Below, in pieces: positions 1 through 9,900 of a stretch of 37,046 bases of DNA. The DNA is from an uncultured Collinsella sp. (GTDB taxonomy: Bacteria > Actinomycetota > Coriobacteriia > Coriobacteriales > Coriobacteriaceae). Every line of letters starts with the position of its first letter. Position 1 is the first letter of the stretch. The translations under genes and the position numbers were made by a program. The stretch covers positions 1 to 37,046 of the forward strand of contig CAAFQT010000249.1 of NCBI GenBank assembly GCA_900765185.1, written 5' to 3'. The notes under the pieces were generated by a model, which made no database searches, was not told the origin of the DNA, and saw nothing but the letters and a program-made list of their open reading frames with translations.

Positions 1-15
1 TAAGAAGTGGCAGGT

Positions 16-411
16 ATGTCGGAAGCAACTAGGACTCGCACGCATGCGCCCGAGGTTAGGCAGCGCGCCGTCGAGATCCTCCAAGAGGGGGTCGGTCATC
101 GCGCCCTCGCCGCGGAGCTTGGCATTCCCCAGGCCACGGCTCGTCAGTGGGCCCGCGCGTATGCCGTGGGCGGTGCCGACGCCGTTCTCAACGCCGGTTC
201 GCATCATCATACCTATTCGTACGACGTCAAGCTCGCTGTGGTTAAGGACCGTCTGGAAAACGGCTTGACGGTTCGCGAGGCCATGATCAAGCACAAGATT
301 CCCAGCGAGTCTTCGGTCAAGGCTTGGTGCCGTCAGTACCGCGAGAGCGGTGAGGCCGCACTGGTCGATAAGCCGCGCGGTCGCAAGCCGCGCGTAAAAA
401 AGACGGAATAG
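16..411 (+). CDS. Tandem helix-turn-helix protein resembling IS3/IS150-family OrfA, with no OrfB (start ATG16 or GTG7)
   Basis: Two HTH-like units (…LAAELGIPQATARQWARAY…; YSYDVKLAVV…AMIKHKIPSESSVKAWCRQYRESGEAALVDKPRGRK) typical of IS3-family OrfA. It is followed by a terminator, not by a DDE ORF. Confidence 0.75.
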   Translation: MSEATRTRTHAPEVRQRAVEILQEGVGHRALAAELGIPQATARQWARAYAVGGADAVLNAGSHHHTYSYDVKLAVVKDRLENGLTVREAMIKHKIPSESSVKAWCRQYRESGEAALVDKPRGRKPRVKKTE

Positions 412-423
412 CGAACGAGATGG

Positions 424-446
424 TGCGCCCACAGGGGCGCATTTTT
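424..446 (+). terminator. Intrinsic terminator after the HTH gene
   Basis: tgcgccc-acag-gggcgca hairpin followed by ttttt. Confidence 0.6.
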
Positions 447-591
447 CTTGCCGCCCCTCTGCTCCAAAGCGGACGTGCCCTTGCCCCGTACGCCTAAAAC
501 TCCCCAGTTGACCGAAAACCTGCCACCGCAACCCCGTAATTGAGCTATAACGTTAAACAATTACAGCGTTTTTGCATGGGGGAGTGATGGT

Positions 592-3474
592 ATGACGCTA
601 CTGTATTTCCTTACCCTGTTTCCGCTGGTACCGGCGCTGGGCATGCTGCTCGCGCGCGGTGACCGCGCCCGCGATGCGGTGGGGCTCATAGGCTCTGGCA
701 TTATTATGGCGGTGACAGTTGTAGTCGCCGTCATGTTTTTTGGCACGGGTCCGCAGAGCTTTGAGGTTGCCCCCGGCACCTCGCATGTGCTCTCGATCAT
801 CAGTTCCGTTATCGACGTCATCCTGTGCGCCGTCATCCTGTACAACGCGTACAAATATAGGAACGCGCTCACCACGGTGCTCGGCGTGGTGCAGCTGGTG
901 GGTTCGGTTGCCTTTGCGACCATGACGCTGCCCGCGGCCGAAGCCGTCACGGCGACGCCGCTCTACCTGGACTACATGAGCGTGATCATGGTCCTCGCCG
1001 TCGGTATCGTCGGCAGTCTAATCTGCGTGTATGCCCTGGGTTACATGAAGGACTTCCAGGCCCATGACGAGCACGAGGCCGCGCTGCGCGGGCAGACCTT
1101 GCCCGACCGTCGCCCGCAGTTCCTGGCGCTTATGTTCCTGTTCCTCTCGGCCATGTTCGTCATTGTGACGAGCGACAACCTTGAGTGGCTGTTCTGCGGC
1201 TGGGAAATCACCACCGTGTGCTCGTTCCTTATGATTGGCTACACGCGCACGCCCGAGGCCATCAAAAACGCCTTCACCCAGATCATCCTCAACATGCTGG
1301 GCGGCATCGCGTTCTTGGCGGGCCTTATGTTCCTGCACGTCAACGGCATGCCGCTGACCATCTCGGGCATGATCGAGCTTTCCGGCGCCGGTACCGCGCA
1401 GTCCGTGCTGCTGGTGATGCCGGTCGTTCTGCTGTCGCTCGCCGCACTCACCAAGGCAGCGCAGATGCCGTTCCATACCTGGCTGCTCGGTGCTATGGTT
1501 GCCCCCACTCCCACGAGCGCCCTGCTGCACTCGTCCACCATGGTCAAGGCCGGCGTGTTTTTGATGGTCAAGCTGAGCCCGCTGTACGCCACCTATCCCG
1601 TGACGGGCTTTATGGTCACAAGTGTGGGCGCCATCACGTTTTTGCTGGCAGCCCTTATGGCGATCTCGCAGAGCAACGCCAAGCGCGTGCTTGCGTACTC
1701 CACCATCTCCAACCTGGGCCTCATCAGCGCCTGCCTGGGCGTCGGCGCGCCCGAGGCCGTATGGGCTGCCATCTTCCTAATCCTGTTCCACACAGTGGCC
1801 AAATCGCTGCTGTTCCTGTGCGTGGGCACGGCCGAGCATCATATCGGCAGCCGCAATATCGAGGACATGGACGGTATGTTCAGCCGCATGCCGCACCTGA
1901 CGCGTCTGATGATGCTGGGCATCATGGGCATGTTTGTGGCGCCGTTTGGCATGCTCGTGTCCAAGTGGGGCGCCCTGGTGGCGTTTGCCCAGACCGGTAA
2001 CGTGCTCATGATCATGGTGCTGGCCTTTGGCTCGGCCGCGACGTTCTATTTTTGGGGCAAGTGGCTTGCCAAGCTTTCGGGCGTTGACCCCACGGCTCAA
2101 AACGTTGAGGTCAATGTCCATAAGACCGAATGGATGGCACTCAACACCATCGCCGCGCTGCTGATTCTGTGCTGTGTGGCCTTTCCGCTCATCTCGAGCG
2201 GTCTGGTGTCGCCTTACTTGGCCATGGTGTTTGGCCGCGTGCCGTACGTTATTGGCAAGGACGCCATGTATCTGATGGTGGTTATCGTGGCGTTTATCGC
2301 CGTGGTGCTGCTGACTTCATTCCGCGTGAGCAATAAGCCGCACGTCAACGTGTACCTTTCGGGTGTGGGAACCGACAAATATCGCCATTTCCGCGGCTCG
2401 ATGGGGCACGAGGTGAAGGCCGAAAAGCGCAATTGGTACTCGGAGGACGCCCTTGGCGAGAAGCGTATCGGCCCCGCGGGCAGCGTCGTGTGCTGCGCCA
2501 TCATTCTGTTTGCGCTGCTGTGTTGCGCGTGGATTGGGCCCGAGCGGCTTGCCATGAGCGCGCCCTCGGTGCTGCGCGGCAAGTATTTCGAAGGCTCGGG
2601 CGTCGTGGGCATATTTATTGGCACCGTGGTGTTTGCCCTGCTGGCGCCTTTGGTTGGTGGCCTGATCGACGGCATCGACCGCAAGCTGTCCGCCCGCATG
2701 CAGGGCCGCGTGGGCCCGCGCTTGCTGCAGCCCTTCTACGACGTTGCCAAGCTGCTGCGCAAGGCCCCTGCCAGCGTAAACACCATGGACGATACCTACA
2801 TGGCGTGCGCGCTCATCTTTACCGTCGTGGGCGGCGGCATCTTTGTGTCGGGCTCCAACACGCTGCTGTGCGCTTTTATGGTGACGCTCGCCGCGATCTT
2901 TGTGGTGCTGGCGTCCGCCTCGACGCAAAGCCCGTTTGCCCAGGTTGGCGCCGATCGTGAGTTGCTGCAGGTCATGAGTTACGAGCCCGCCGTTCTGCTG
3001 ATGAGCGTGGGCCTGTATCTTGCCACCGACAGCTTCGATTCCATCGCCGTGACGGGGCAGTCGGCCCCCATCGTCGTGTACAGCGCGCCCATTTTCCTCG
3101 CGCTGCTCGCGGTGCTTACCATCAAGCTGCGCAAGTCGCCGTTTGACCTTTCGTACTCGCATCACGCGCATCAGGAGATTGTCCAGGGCGTTGCCACCGA
3201 GATGAGCGGCGGCACGCTGGCCAAGATGACCCTTATGCACTGGTGCGAGACCGTGCTGTTTTTGATGTGGGTGGGCATGTTCTTTGTTTGGGACAACCCG
3301 GTGAGCTGGGTCGTAGCCCTGGTCGTGATGGCCGCGACGTATTTTGTCGAGGTGCTGATCGACAACACCTTTGCCCGCAGCACCTGGCGCAGCTGCTTTA
3401 AGCTCGGATGGGGCGTGGCGCTGGTGTTTGGCCTGCTCAATCTTATGCCCATCCTCGTCGACGTGTTTATTTAG
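592..3474 (+). CDS. echAB: Ech hydrogenase membrane subunit, EchA-EchB fusion (NuoL/MrpA-like antiporter domain plus NuoH-like domain)
   Basis: The first ~650 aa carry NuoL/ND5 motifs (WEITTVCSFLMIG; KAAQMPFHTWLLGAMVAPTPTSALLHSSTMVKAG; KRVLAYSTISNLG). The last ~290 aa carry NuoH/EchB motifs (GIDRKLSARMQGRVGP; QVMSYEP; IKLRKSPFDLS…HQEIVQG..TE). One uninterrupted frame; SD GGGAG upstream. Confidence 0.9.
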   Translation: MTLLYFLTLFPLVPALGMLLARGDRARDAVGLIGSGIIMAVTVVVAVMFFGTGPQSFEVAPGTSHVLSIISSVIDVILCAVILYNAYKYRNALTTVLGVVQLVGSVAFATMTLPAAEAVTATPLYLDYMSVIMVLAVGIVGSLICVYALGYMKDFQAHDEHEAALRGQTLPDRRPQFLALMFLFLSAMFVIVTSDNLEWLFCGWEITTVCSFLMIGYTRTPEAIKNAFTQIILNMLGGIAFLAGLMFLHVNGMPLTISGMIELSGAGTAQSVLLVMPVVLLSLAALTKAAQMPFHTWLLGAMVAPTPTSALLHSSTMVKAGVFLMVKLSPLYATYPVTGFMVTSVGAITFLLAALMAISQSNAKRVLAYSTISNLGLISACLGVGAPEAVWAAIFLILFHTVAKSLLFLCVGTAEHHIGSRNIEDMDGMFSRMPHLTRLMMLGIMGMFVAPFGMLVSKWGALVAFAQTGNVLMIMVLAFGSAATFYFWGKWLAKLSGVDPTAQNVEVNVHKTEWMALNTIAALLILCCVAFPLISSGLVSPYLAMVFGRVPYVIGKDAMYLMVVIVAFIAVVLLTSFRVSNKPHVNVYLSGVGTDKYRHFRGSMGHEVKAEKRNWYSEDALGEKRIGPAGSVVCCAIILFALLCCAWIGPERLAMSAPSVLRGKYFEGSGVVGIFIGTVVFALLAPLVGGLIDGIDRKLSARMQGRVGPRLLQPFYDVAKLLRKAPASVNTMDDTYMACALIFTVVGGGIFVSGSNTLLCAFMVTLAAIFVVLASASTQSPFAQVGADRELLQVMSYEPAVLLMSVGLYLATDSFDSIAVTGQSAPIVVYSAPIFLALLAVLTIKLRKSPFDLSYSHHAHQEIVQGVATEMSGGTLAKMTLMHWCETVLFLMWVGMFFVWDNPVSWVVALVVMAATYFVEVLIDNTFARSTWRSCFKLGWGVALVFGLLNLMPILVDVFI

Positions 3475-3486
3475 GAGGCGGCATCC

Positions 3487-4071
3487 ATGGATCATAAAAT
3501 GTCGCGCTCGCCGTGGGTTATTCATTACGACGGCTCGAGCTGCAACGGATGCGATATCGAGGTGCTGGCCTCGCTCACGCCGCTGTTCGATGCGGAGCGC
3601 TTTGGCGTGGTCAACACCGGCAACCCCAAGCATGCGGACATCTTTTTGGTGACGGGGTCGGTCAATGCGCAGAACCTGCCCGTCGTGCGCCAGATCTACA
3701 ACCAGATGCTCGAGCCCAAGTGCGTGGTGGCGTGCGGCATCTGCGCGTGCTCGGGCGGCGTATTCCGCGATGCCTACAACGTGATCGGAGGCGTGGACCG
3801 CGCGATTCCCGTGGACGTATACGCGCCCGGGTGCGCCATTCGTCCCGAGACGGTGATTGATGCCATCGTGGAGGCGTGCGGCATCCTGGACCAGAAGGAG
3901 GCCGTGATGCGTGCTGGCGGCGACCCGCTCACCGTGGGCGGTGCCGCTACCTGGGACGGTGGCGTTGAGCTGGGCGAGGACGGGTTTGTGGCAGCTGCGG
4001 GGGCCGGCGACACGCCCGCCGCTGGCGACGCGCCTGCTGGGACGTCCGCCGCTGCAAAGGAGGCCGAGTAA
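3487..4071 (+). CDS. echC: Ech hydrogenase small subunit (NuoB-like, [4Fe-4S])
   Basis: SCNGCDIE, GICACSGG and PGCAIRP cysteine motifs; SD AGGAGG; Ala/Gly-rich C-terminal tail. Confidence 0.92.
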   Translation: MDHKMSRSPWVIHYDGSSCNGCDIEVLASLTPLFDAERFGVVNTGNPKHADIFLVTGSVNAQNLPVVRQIYNQMLEPKCVVACGICACSGGVFRDAYNVIGGVDRAIPVDVYAPGCAIRPETVIDAIVEACGILDQKEAVMRAGGDPLTVGGAATWDGGVELGEDGFVAAAGAGDTPAAGDAPAGTSAAAKEAE

Positions 4072-4787
4072 TGCAAAAGGCTATCTATACCACCGTCGGG
4101 ATCGACGAGCTCCTGTCGCATGTCCAGGCGCTTAAGGGCGTCGGTGCGCGCTTTGTGCAAATGCACGCTGAGCGCAACGTCGACGACGGCTCGTATCGCT
4201 TGGTCTATACGTTTATCAACGTTCATGCTGCTCAGGAGCATATTGCGCAGGACGGCAGCTATGCGATTGAGAACCTGGTAGTCGAGGGAATCGACCGGTG
4301 CCAGGAGATTCCGTCCATCAGCTCGTATTATCCGGCGGTATTCCCGTTTGAGAACGAAGCGCACGACCTGTTTGGTCTTGCCATCACCGACATGCAGATC
4401 GACTTTAAGGGCTTTTTCTACCAGGTTTCGACTGCCGAGCCCATGAGCGTTATCACGCCCGAGGTGAAGGCCGCGCGCGAGAAGGCCATGAAGGTCCGTG
4501 CCGCCGCCGAAGCCAAGGCGCGCAAGGCCGCTGCCGAAAAGGCCGCCGCTGCTGCGGCTGCTGCAGGGGAGGGCGCTGCGAGCGCCGGCGATGCCGCGGG
4601 CGCCGCTGCTCAGCCCGCTGCGGCTGCCGGCTCCGATGCTCAGCACGATGAGGCTGCTGCGAAGGCCGCGCTCAAGGCTGCCGAGATGGAGGCAAAGCTC
4701 GCTGCCATGGATCCCGAGAAAGCAGCCAAGGTCCGCGCGGCGCTTGCCGCCAAGGCCGCCCGCGACAAGCAGAAAAAGGAGGCGTAA
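4071..4787 (+). CDS. echD: Ech hydrogenase subunit D (NuoC-like) with an Ala/Lys-rich C-terminal extension
   Basis: IPSISSYYPAVFPFENEAHDLFGLAI…IDFKG is an EchD/NuoC-type signature; TAATG translational coupling to echC. Confidence 0.85.
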   Translation: MQKAIYTTVGIDELLSHVQALKGVGARFVQMHAERNVDDGSYRLVYTFINVHAAQEHIAQDGSYAIENLVVEGIDRCQEIPSISSYYPAVFPFENEAHDLFGLAITDMQIDFKGFFYQVSTAEPMSVITPEVKAAREKAMKVRAAAEAKARKAAAEKAAAAAAAAGEGAASAGDAAGAAAQPAAAAGSDAQHDEAAAKAALKAAEMEAKLAAMDPEKAAKVRAALAAKAARDKQKKEA

Positions 4788-4792
4788 GGCCC

Positions 4793-5881
4793 ATGGCACA
4801 TCGCTCCGTCATTCCGTTTGGCCCGCAGCACCCGGTGCTGCCCGAGCCGCTTCATCTGGACCTGGTGATTGAGGACGACCGCGTTCTCGAGGCAATTCCG
4901 CAGATCGGCTTTGTGCACCGCGGACTCGAGAAGCTCACCGAAAAGCGCGACATGCACCAGTTTGGCTACATCGCCGAGCGCATCTGCGGCATTTGCGCCG
5001 TGGGCCACAGCTGCGGCTATGCCAGCGCCTGCGAGCGCATGCTCGACATCGAGGTGCCCGGCCGCGTGCAGTATATCCGCACCATTTTGCACGAGCTTTC
5101 GCGCATTCACTCGCACCTGCTGTGGCTGGGCCTGCTCGCCGATGCCTTTGGTTTTGAGGCGCTGTTCTATCGTTCGTGGACCCTGCGCGAGCAGATTCTC
5201 AAGATCTTTGAGAGCACGTGCGGCGGCCGCGTGATCCTGTCGATCAACGAGATCGGCGGTCTTAAGCACGACATCGAGGACTCCGAGCTGATGGGTATTG
5301 TCCAGACGCTCGATGCCATGCGTCCCGACTACGAGGCACTGGTACATACGTTTTTGGACGACGATAGCTGTGGCGAGCGCTTGCATGGCGTGGGCGTGAT
5401 CAGCAAGAAAGATGCGCTGGACCTGTCGATGGTCGGCCCGTTCGGGCGCGCCTCGGGCGTGGATTACGACGTGCGCATGTTTGGCGACGGCGCCTATGCG
5501 GACCTGGCCGCGTTTGAGCCGATTGTTGCCACCGACGGCGACTGCTACGCCCGCTGCCAGGTGCGTTGCGCCGAGGTCACGCAGGCGATGGACATTATCA
5601 AGGAGCTCGTGGGCAAGATTCCGCACGACGGTATCGGTGGACGAACCAAGCTCACGCCGGCCGACGGTGCGCGCGGCGAGGTCGTGATTGAGCAGCCGCG
5701 CGGTGAGGCGTATTACTATGTGCGCGGCAACGGCACCAAGAACCTGGACCGCTTCCGCGTGCGCACGCCGACGTCGCAGAACCTGGCGGGTCTGACACAT
5801 GCGCTGCAGGGCGTGCTCCTTGCCAACGTGCCCATGATTATCCTGACCATTGACCCCTGTATTAGCTGCACGGAAAGGTAG
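4793..5881 (+). CDS. echE: Ech [NiFe]-hydrogenase large subunit
   Basis: PFGPQHPVLPEP N-terminus, L1 motif ERICGICAVGH and L2 motif DPCISCTER at the very C-terminus. There is no cleavable extension, as in Ech-type enzymes. Confidence 0.93.
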   Translation: MAHRSVIPFGPQHPVLPEPLHLDLVIEDDRVLEAIPQIGFVHRGLEKLTEKRDMHQFGYIAERICGICAVGHSCGYASACERMLDIEVPGRVQYIRTILHELSRIHSHLLWLGLLADAFGFEALFYRSWTLREQILKIFESTCGGRVILSINEIGGLKHDIEDSELMGIVQTLDAMRPDYEALVHTFLDDDSCGERLHGVGVISKKDALDLSMVGPFGRASGVDYDVRMFGDGAYADLAAFEPIVATDGDCYARCQVRCAEVTQAMDIIKELVGKIPHDGIGGRTKLTPADGARGEVVIEQPRGEAYYYVRGNGTKNLDRFRVRTPTSQNLAGLTHALQGVLLANVPMIILTIDPCISCTER

Positions 5882-5888
5882 GCGCGGC

Positions 5889-6230
5889 ATGAGTTTGCTG
5901 ACATTTGCCAAGACGGCCTTGGGTTCCATGGTCAAACAGCCGGTCACGGTGTGCTATCCGCAGGAGAAGCTGGCGGCGCCCGAGCGCTTGCGCGGGCACA
6001 TCGTCAACGACATGGACGTGTGTATCTGCTGCGGCATGTGTGCGCGCCGCTGCCCGGCGGGTGCGCTCGCAGTCGATCGCAAGGGCGGAACGTGGTCGAT
6101 CGACCCGTACGCCTGCGTGGTGTGCGGTGAGTGCATCGAGAGCTGCCCCAAGCACTGCCTGACTATGGACACCGCCCGCACTCCAGTCGCAGCGGACAAG
6201 ACTCCCACGGTGGAAACCAAACCGGAATAG
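5889..6230 (+). CDS. echF: Ech hydrogenase 2x[4Fe-4S] ferredoxin-like subunit (NuoI-like)
   Basis: CICCGMCARRCP and CVVCGECIESCP motifs; ATG at 5889 just after the echE stop. Confidence 0.9.
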   Translation: MSLLTFAKTALGSMVKQPVTVCYPQEKLAAPERLRGHIVNDMDVCICCGMCARRCPAGALAVDRKGGTWSIDPYACVVCGECIESCPKHCLTMDTARTPVAADKTPTVETKPE

Positions 6231-6303
6231 GGCTGGGATAGGGGCCGATGGGGCAAATGCCCCACCGGCCCCGCGCGTGAACGCGCGGTTGGGCCGCCGC
6301 GAA

Positions 6304-6457
6304 CAAAACTATGCCGGATTACGGGGCTGGATAGCGAACCTCCGACCATACAGAAAATCGCAAAAACAAAACCGCAGGTAGATAGCCTGCCGTTTTTCAA
6401 AAAATGGAGGTATGGATGAGGGTCCCGACTTTAGCCCCGTAATCCGGCATAGTTTTG
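6304..6457. repeat. Palindromic element type A, copy 1 (154 bp, perfect 25-bp terminal inverted repeats)
   Basis: caaaactatgccggattacggggct (6304-6328) / agccccgtaatccggcatagttttg (6433-6457); central ccgcaggta at 6372-6380. Confidence 0.92.
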
Positions 6458-6484
6458 AAATACCACCATATCCGTAGCATCCCT

Positions 6485-6537
6485 TGATCTCCCGTGGACA
6501 GAGGGAAACGGATCATTTTGGCCTTGCGAGGGCTGCC
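6485..6537 (+). repeat. Linker repeat C, copy 1
   Basis: tgatctcccgtggacagagggaaacggatcattttgg…gcgagggctg matches 13538-13590 and a degenerate copy at about 6722-6758. Confidence 0.8.
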
Positions 6538-6550
6538 GCGTGACCCGTCT

Positions 6551-6710
6551 GCCACGAAATGGACCCATCTACTACGTTTAGGCCGCTACCCTCAACCATG
6601 GCAAGTAATGTGAAATAAAAGCCGCAGGTAAAACGCCTGCGATTTTTCATGAAACGCGGGTATGGTCGGGGGTATCGAGTCAAACGTAGTAGATGGGCCA
6701 GTTTTGTGGC
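6551..6710. repeat. Palindromic element type B, copy 1 (160 bp, ~29-bp imperfect terminal inverted repeats)
   Basis: gccacgaaatggacccatctactacgttt (6551-6579) / aaacgtagtagatgggccagttttgtggc (6682-6710), 4 mismatches; central ccgcaggta at 6622-6630. Confidence 0.92.
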
Positions 6711-6803
6711 GAGCGCCATCGACTGCTCCCTCGGGGATGGGGGAAACGCGCCCTTTTGCCCCCGTCCATCTTGAGTCGCACCCGTTTTCCTGCGAAAACG
6801 CCG

Positions 6804-6918
6804 TGTCTCAACTTTGGTGAGACATTTGTCTCACGCCCAAAACCGAATCTGGAACATGTGTCACCTGCCCTAATTGTGTCTCATTCCGTAACTTTAGGCT
6901 GATGCAAGGTCTGAGACC
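6804..6918. promoter_or_regulatory. Cluster of TGTCTCA/TGAGACA boxes upstream of the adhesin gene (putative operator array)
   Basis: tgtctca 6804-6810, tgagaca 6818-6824, tgtctca 6827-6833, tgtgtca 6857-6863, tgtctca 6877-6883, tgagacc 6912-6918; possible -10 TAGGCT at 6895-6900. Confidence 0.55.
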
Positions 6919-6935
6919 GCGAGAAGGGAGACGCG

Positions 6936-9900
6936 ATGAGTAAGTACACGAGGGATCTCTTGGCGGTGATACTGGCCGTAGTGCTGGTATTGCCAGCCGC
7001 AGCATTCGCCATGCTGCCCGAGGCCAACGCCAGGTCCAGCACCGGAATGGACGGGCCGACAGTAAGCGGAACGGTCGTCGACCCCGACACCAGCGGACGC
7101 TGGGAAATCTGGGCGGCCGGTCACAACGGTAACAAAGTAACGACTCAAAACGTCGGCCGAATCTGGACCGACAAGACGGTCAAGAAAGCCGGAGAAAACG
7201 AAGCGTCAGATTTTGTGACTACGCTTTCGGCGATGTCCTCGACGTCTAATTCAACCGTAACGGTTACCACGCCACTCGACATCGTGATGGTGCTGGACGC
7301 CTCTGGCTCGATGGATGATCATATGGGCGGTATAGACTCACCTAAGCGTATCGATGCGTTGAAGAACGCTGCGAATAGCTTTATCGATACCATTGCCAAG
7401 CAAAACGAGGGCATCGAGGGTGTCAATAGGCAGCATAGGGTTGCCATTGTTAAGTTTGCGGGCAAGAAGTCCAACGATATCGGCAACAATATGTATCGCG
7501 ACGGAGGGTACTCCTACAATTACACCCAGGTTATGAAAGAATTGACCTACTGTTCCGGCAGCAATGCGGATGATCTCAAGAAGAATACAATTAATCAAAT
7601 TCAGCCTGCCGGCGCCACGCGCGCCGACTATGGCCTAGAGCTGGCCGAGGGAATCACTATCACTTCTGGCCGCAAAGACGCCAAGAAGATTATTGTGTTC
7701 TTTACCGACGGTACGCCAACAAAGCAAAATAAATTCGATGCGGGTGTCGCCAACGCTGCCGTGACAGCTGCTAAGAACATGAAGGACAGCAAGGCCACCG
7801 TTTATACTATCGGCATCTTTGATGGCGCGGACCCCAGCGCTGGTATCCAGGATTCGGGAAAAAGCCAAAAAGAGAACAAGTTCATGCACGCCGTTTCGAG
7901 CAACTACCCCAATGCCACGGCATGGGATACTCATGGTGCACGCGCGGAAAACTCCGACTACTACAAGTCGGCGACCAATGCCGAAGAGCTCAAGAAGGTC
8001 TTCGACGACATCTCGCAGGCCATCACATCGGAGGCGCCTTATCCGACCGAAATCCATAAGGGATATGACAAGACCAAGTCTGGCTACATCACGTTTACCG
8101 ACGAGCTGGGCGACTTTATGCAGGTCGATGGATTTACCGAAGTCGTCATCAACGGCACGCCGTTTACCGAGGCGAGCAAGACGTTCAATGAAGAAACCAA
8201 TACCGACACATATGAGTTCACCGGCAAGGCAAAAGACCTGCTCATTACCGTGCAGCGTGCCGGCGATGACAATCCCCAGAAGGGCGATATCGTAACGGTT
8301 AACATTCCTGCATCGTTGATTCCGCTGAGCCACTTTAAGACCGTAGACGGCAAGCTTTCGGTCGACAGCGTTAAGCCCATCCAGGTGAAGTATGCTTCGA
8401 GCGTGAAGAGTGTTGCGCTCGACAACCTATTTACGCCTGAGAAGGTCACGGGGCTCAAGACTTACATCGAAAAGAATACGACCGTTGCCGACGATGACAG
8501 CAAGACCGTGAGCTTCTACGCAAACAAGTGGAAGACCGGTGCGTTGGGTGATACGGTTGCGACCTTTGAGCCGGCCGATACCAACCGCTACTACTACTTC
8601 CAGAAGCAGACTCCCATTTACACCGATAAGGAATGCACACAGCCTGCAAAGATTTCACTGGCAGAAAAAGGCACCTATTACTACAAGGATGAGTTTGAGG
8701 AGCAGGGCGAGAACAACGAGGCCAAGTCCGCCACTGCCGTCATCGAGTTTATCGGCGGCGACGCTGCGAAGTTTGACGGCGCCATAGTTCGCGACAAGGA
8801 CGATAACCTTTCGTTTAGCGTGGGAACTGCGCGCCTGGCCTTTATCGACGAGCTCCACACCACCAAGGAGGGTGTGGGCGGCAACTTGACCGAGACCGCG
8901 CTCGACGTGCTCAACCCCAGGTGGAACAACGTGTCCGCCAAGGCGGGTGCTACGCATGTCAATTCCTACTTGGGCAACAACGGCAAGATCAGCTATAAGT
9001 ACGACATGACGCCGGCAAAGGTTGACACCAAGGCTAGCTTTGGCCTGACCAAGGTGCTCGAGGGTCGCGAGTGGACGAAAGAGGACAAGTTTGAGTTTGG
9101 TCTGACGTCCGAGAACGGTGCCCCGATGCCGAAGTCCACGACCGCGGTCGCGACCCAGGGCAACAAAGCCATCGATTTCGGCGAGATTACCTACACCGAG
9201 CCCGGCACGTACGTTTATAAGGTCAGCGAGAAGAACGCCGGCCAAACTATCGATGGCATCACTTACAGTGGGAATGTCGCGGAGATTACCGTGACGGTAA
9301 CGCCCAACAAGAAGGGCGAGCTCAGCGCTGACGTACAGGTGACTTCGGGCGAGACTGAGTTCAAGAACATCTACGCTGCAAGCCCCGTCGATTCGAGCGT
9401 TACCGACGAGATCGAGGTCGTCAAGTCTCTGACCGGCCGTGGCCTCAAGGCCGACGAGTTCAGCTTTGAGCTGCGCGAGGCCAAGGGCGAGGACTCTGAG
9501 CTTATCGAGACCGTCAAGAATGACGCCAACGGTAACGTTACGTTCAAGGCTATCAAGTACACCGAGATCGGTCAGCACATCTACACGCTGCACGAGGTCA
9601 AGGGCAATGCCGGCGGCATCACCTACGATGGCACGACCTACACCATCGTGACGACCATCAGCGATAACGGCAAGGGCCAGCTGGTGGCCACGCACAAGCT
9701 GAAGGGCGCCGAGGACGTCAAGAGTATCAAGTTCAAGAACGCCTACACCGCGAATGCTGCCGAGGCATCGCTTGCGGGCATCAAGAACCTGCAGTTCGCC
9801 GACGGTCTGACCCCGGCCGACATCAACGGCAAGTTCACCTTTACCGTGACCGGTGAAGAGGGCGCACCCATGCCCGCGAACGCGAGCGTGACCAATGATG

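Noticed and set aside
592..6230. Complex I (nuo) or Ni-less Ehr complex
   Set aside because: The large subunit has both CxxC Ni-Fe motifs and the gene set and order match echA-F.
6231..6935. Small ORFs inside the repeat regions (6513-6719, 6693-6902; also 13177-13569, 13400-13597, 13507-13755)
   Set aside because: Their mutual peptide similarity (e.g. HLLRLTRYPRPYP) only reflects the DNA repeats; they have no RBS or coding-type codon bias.
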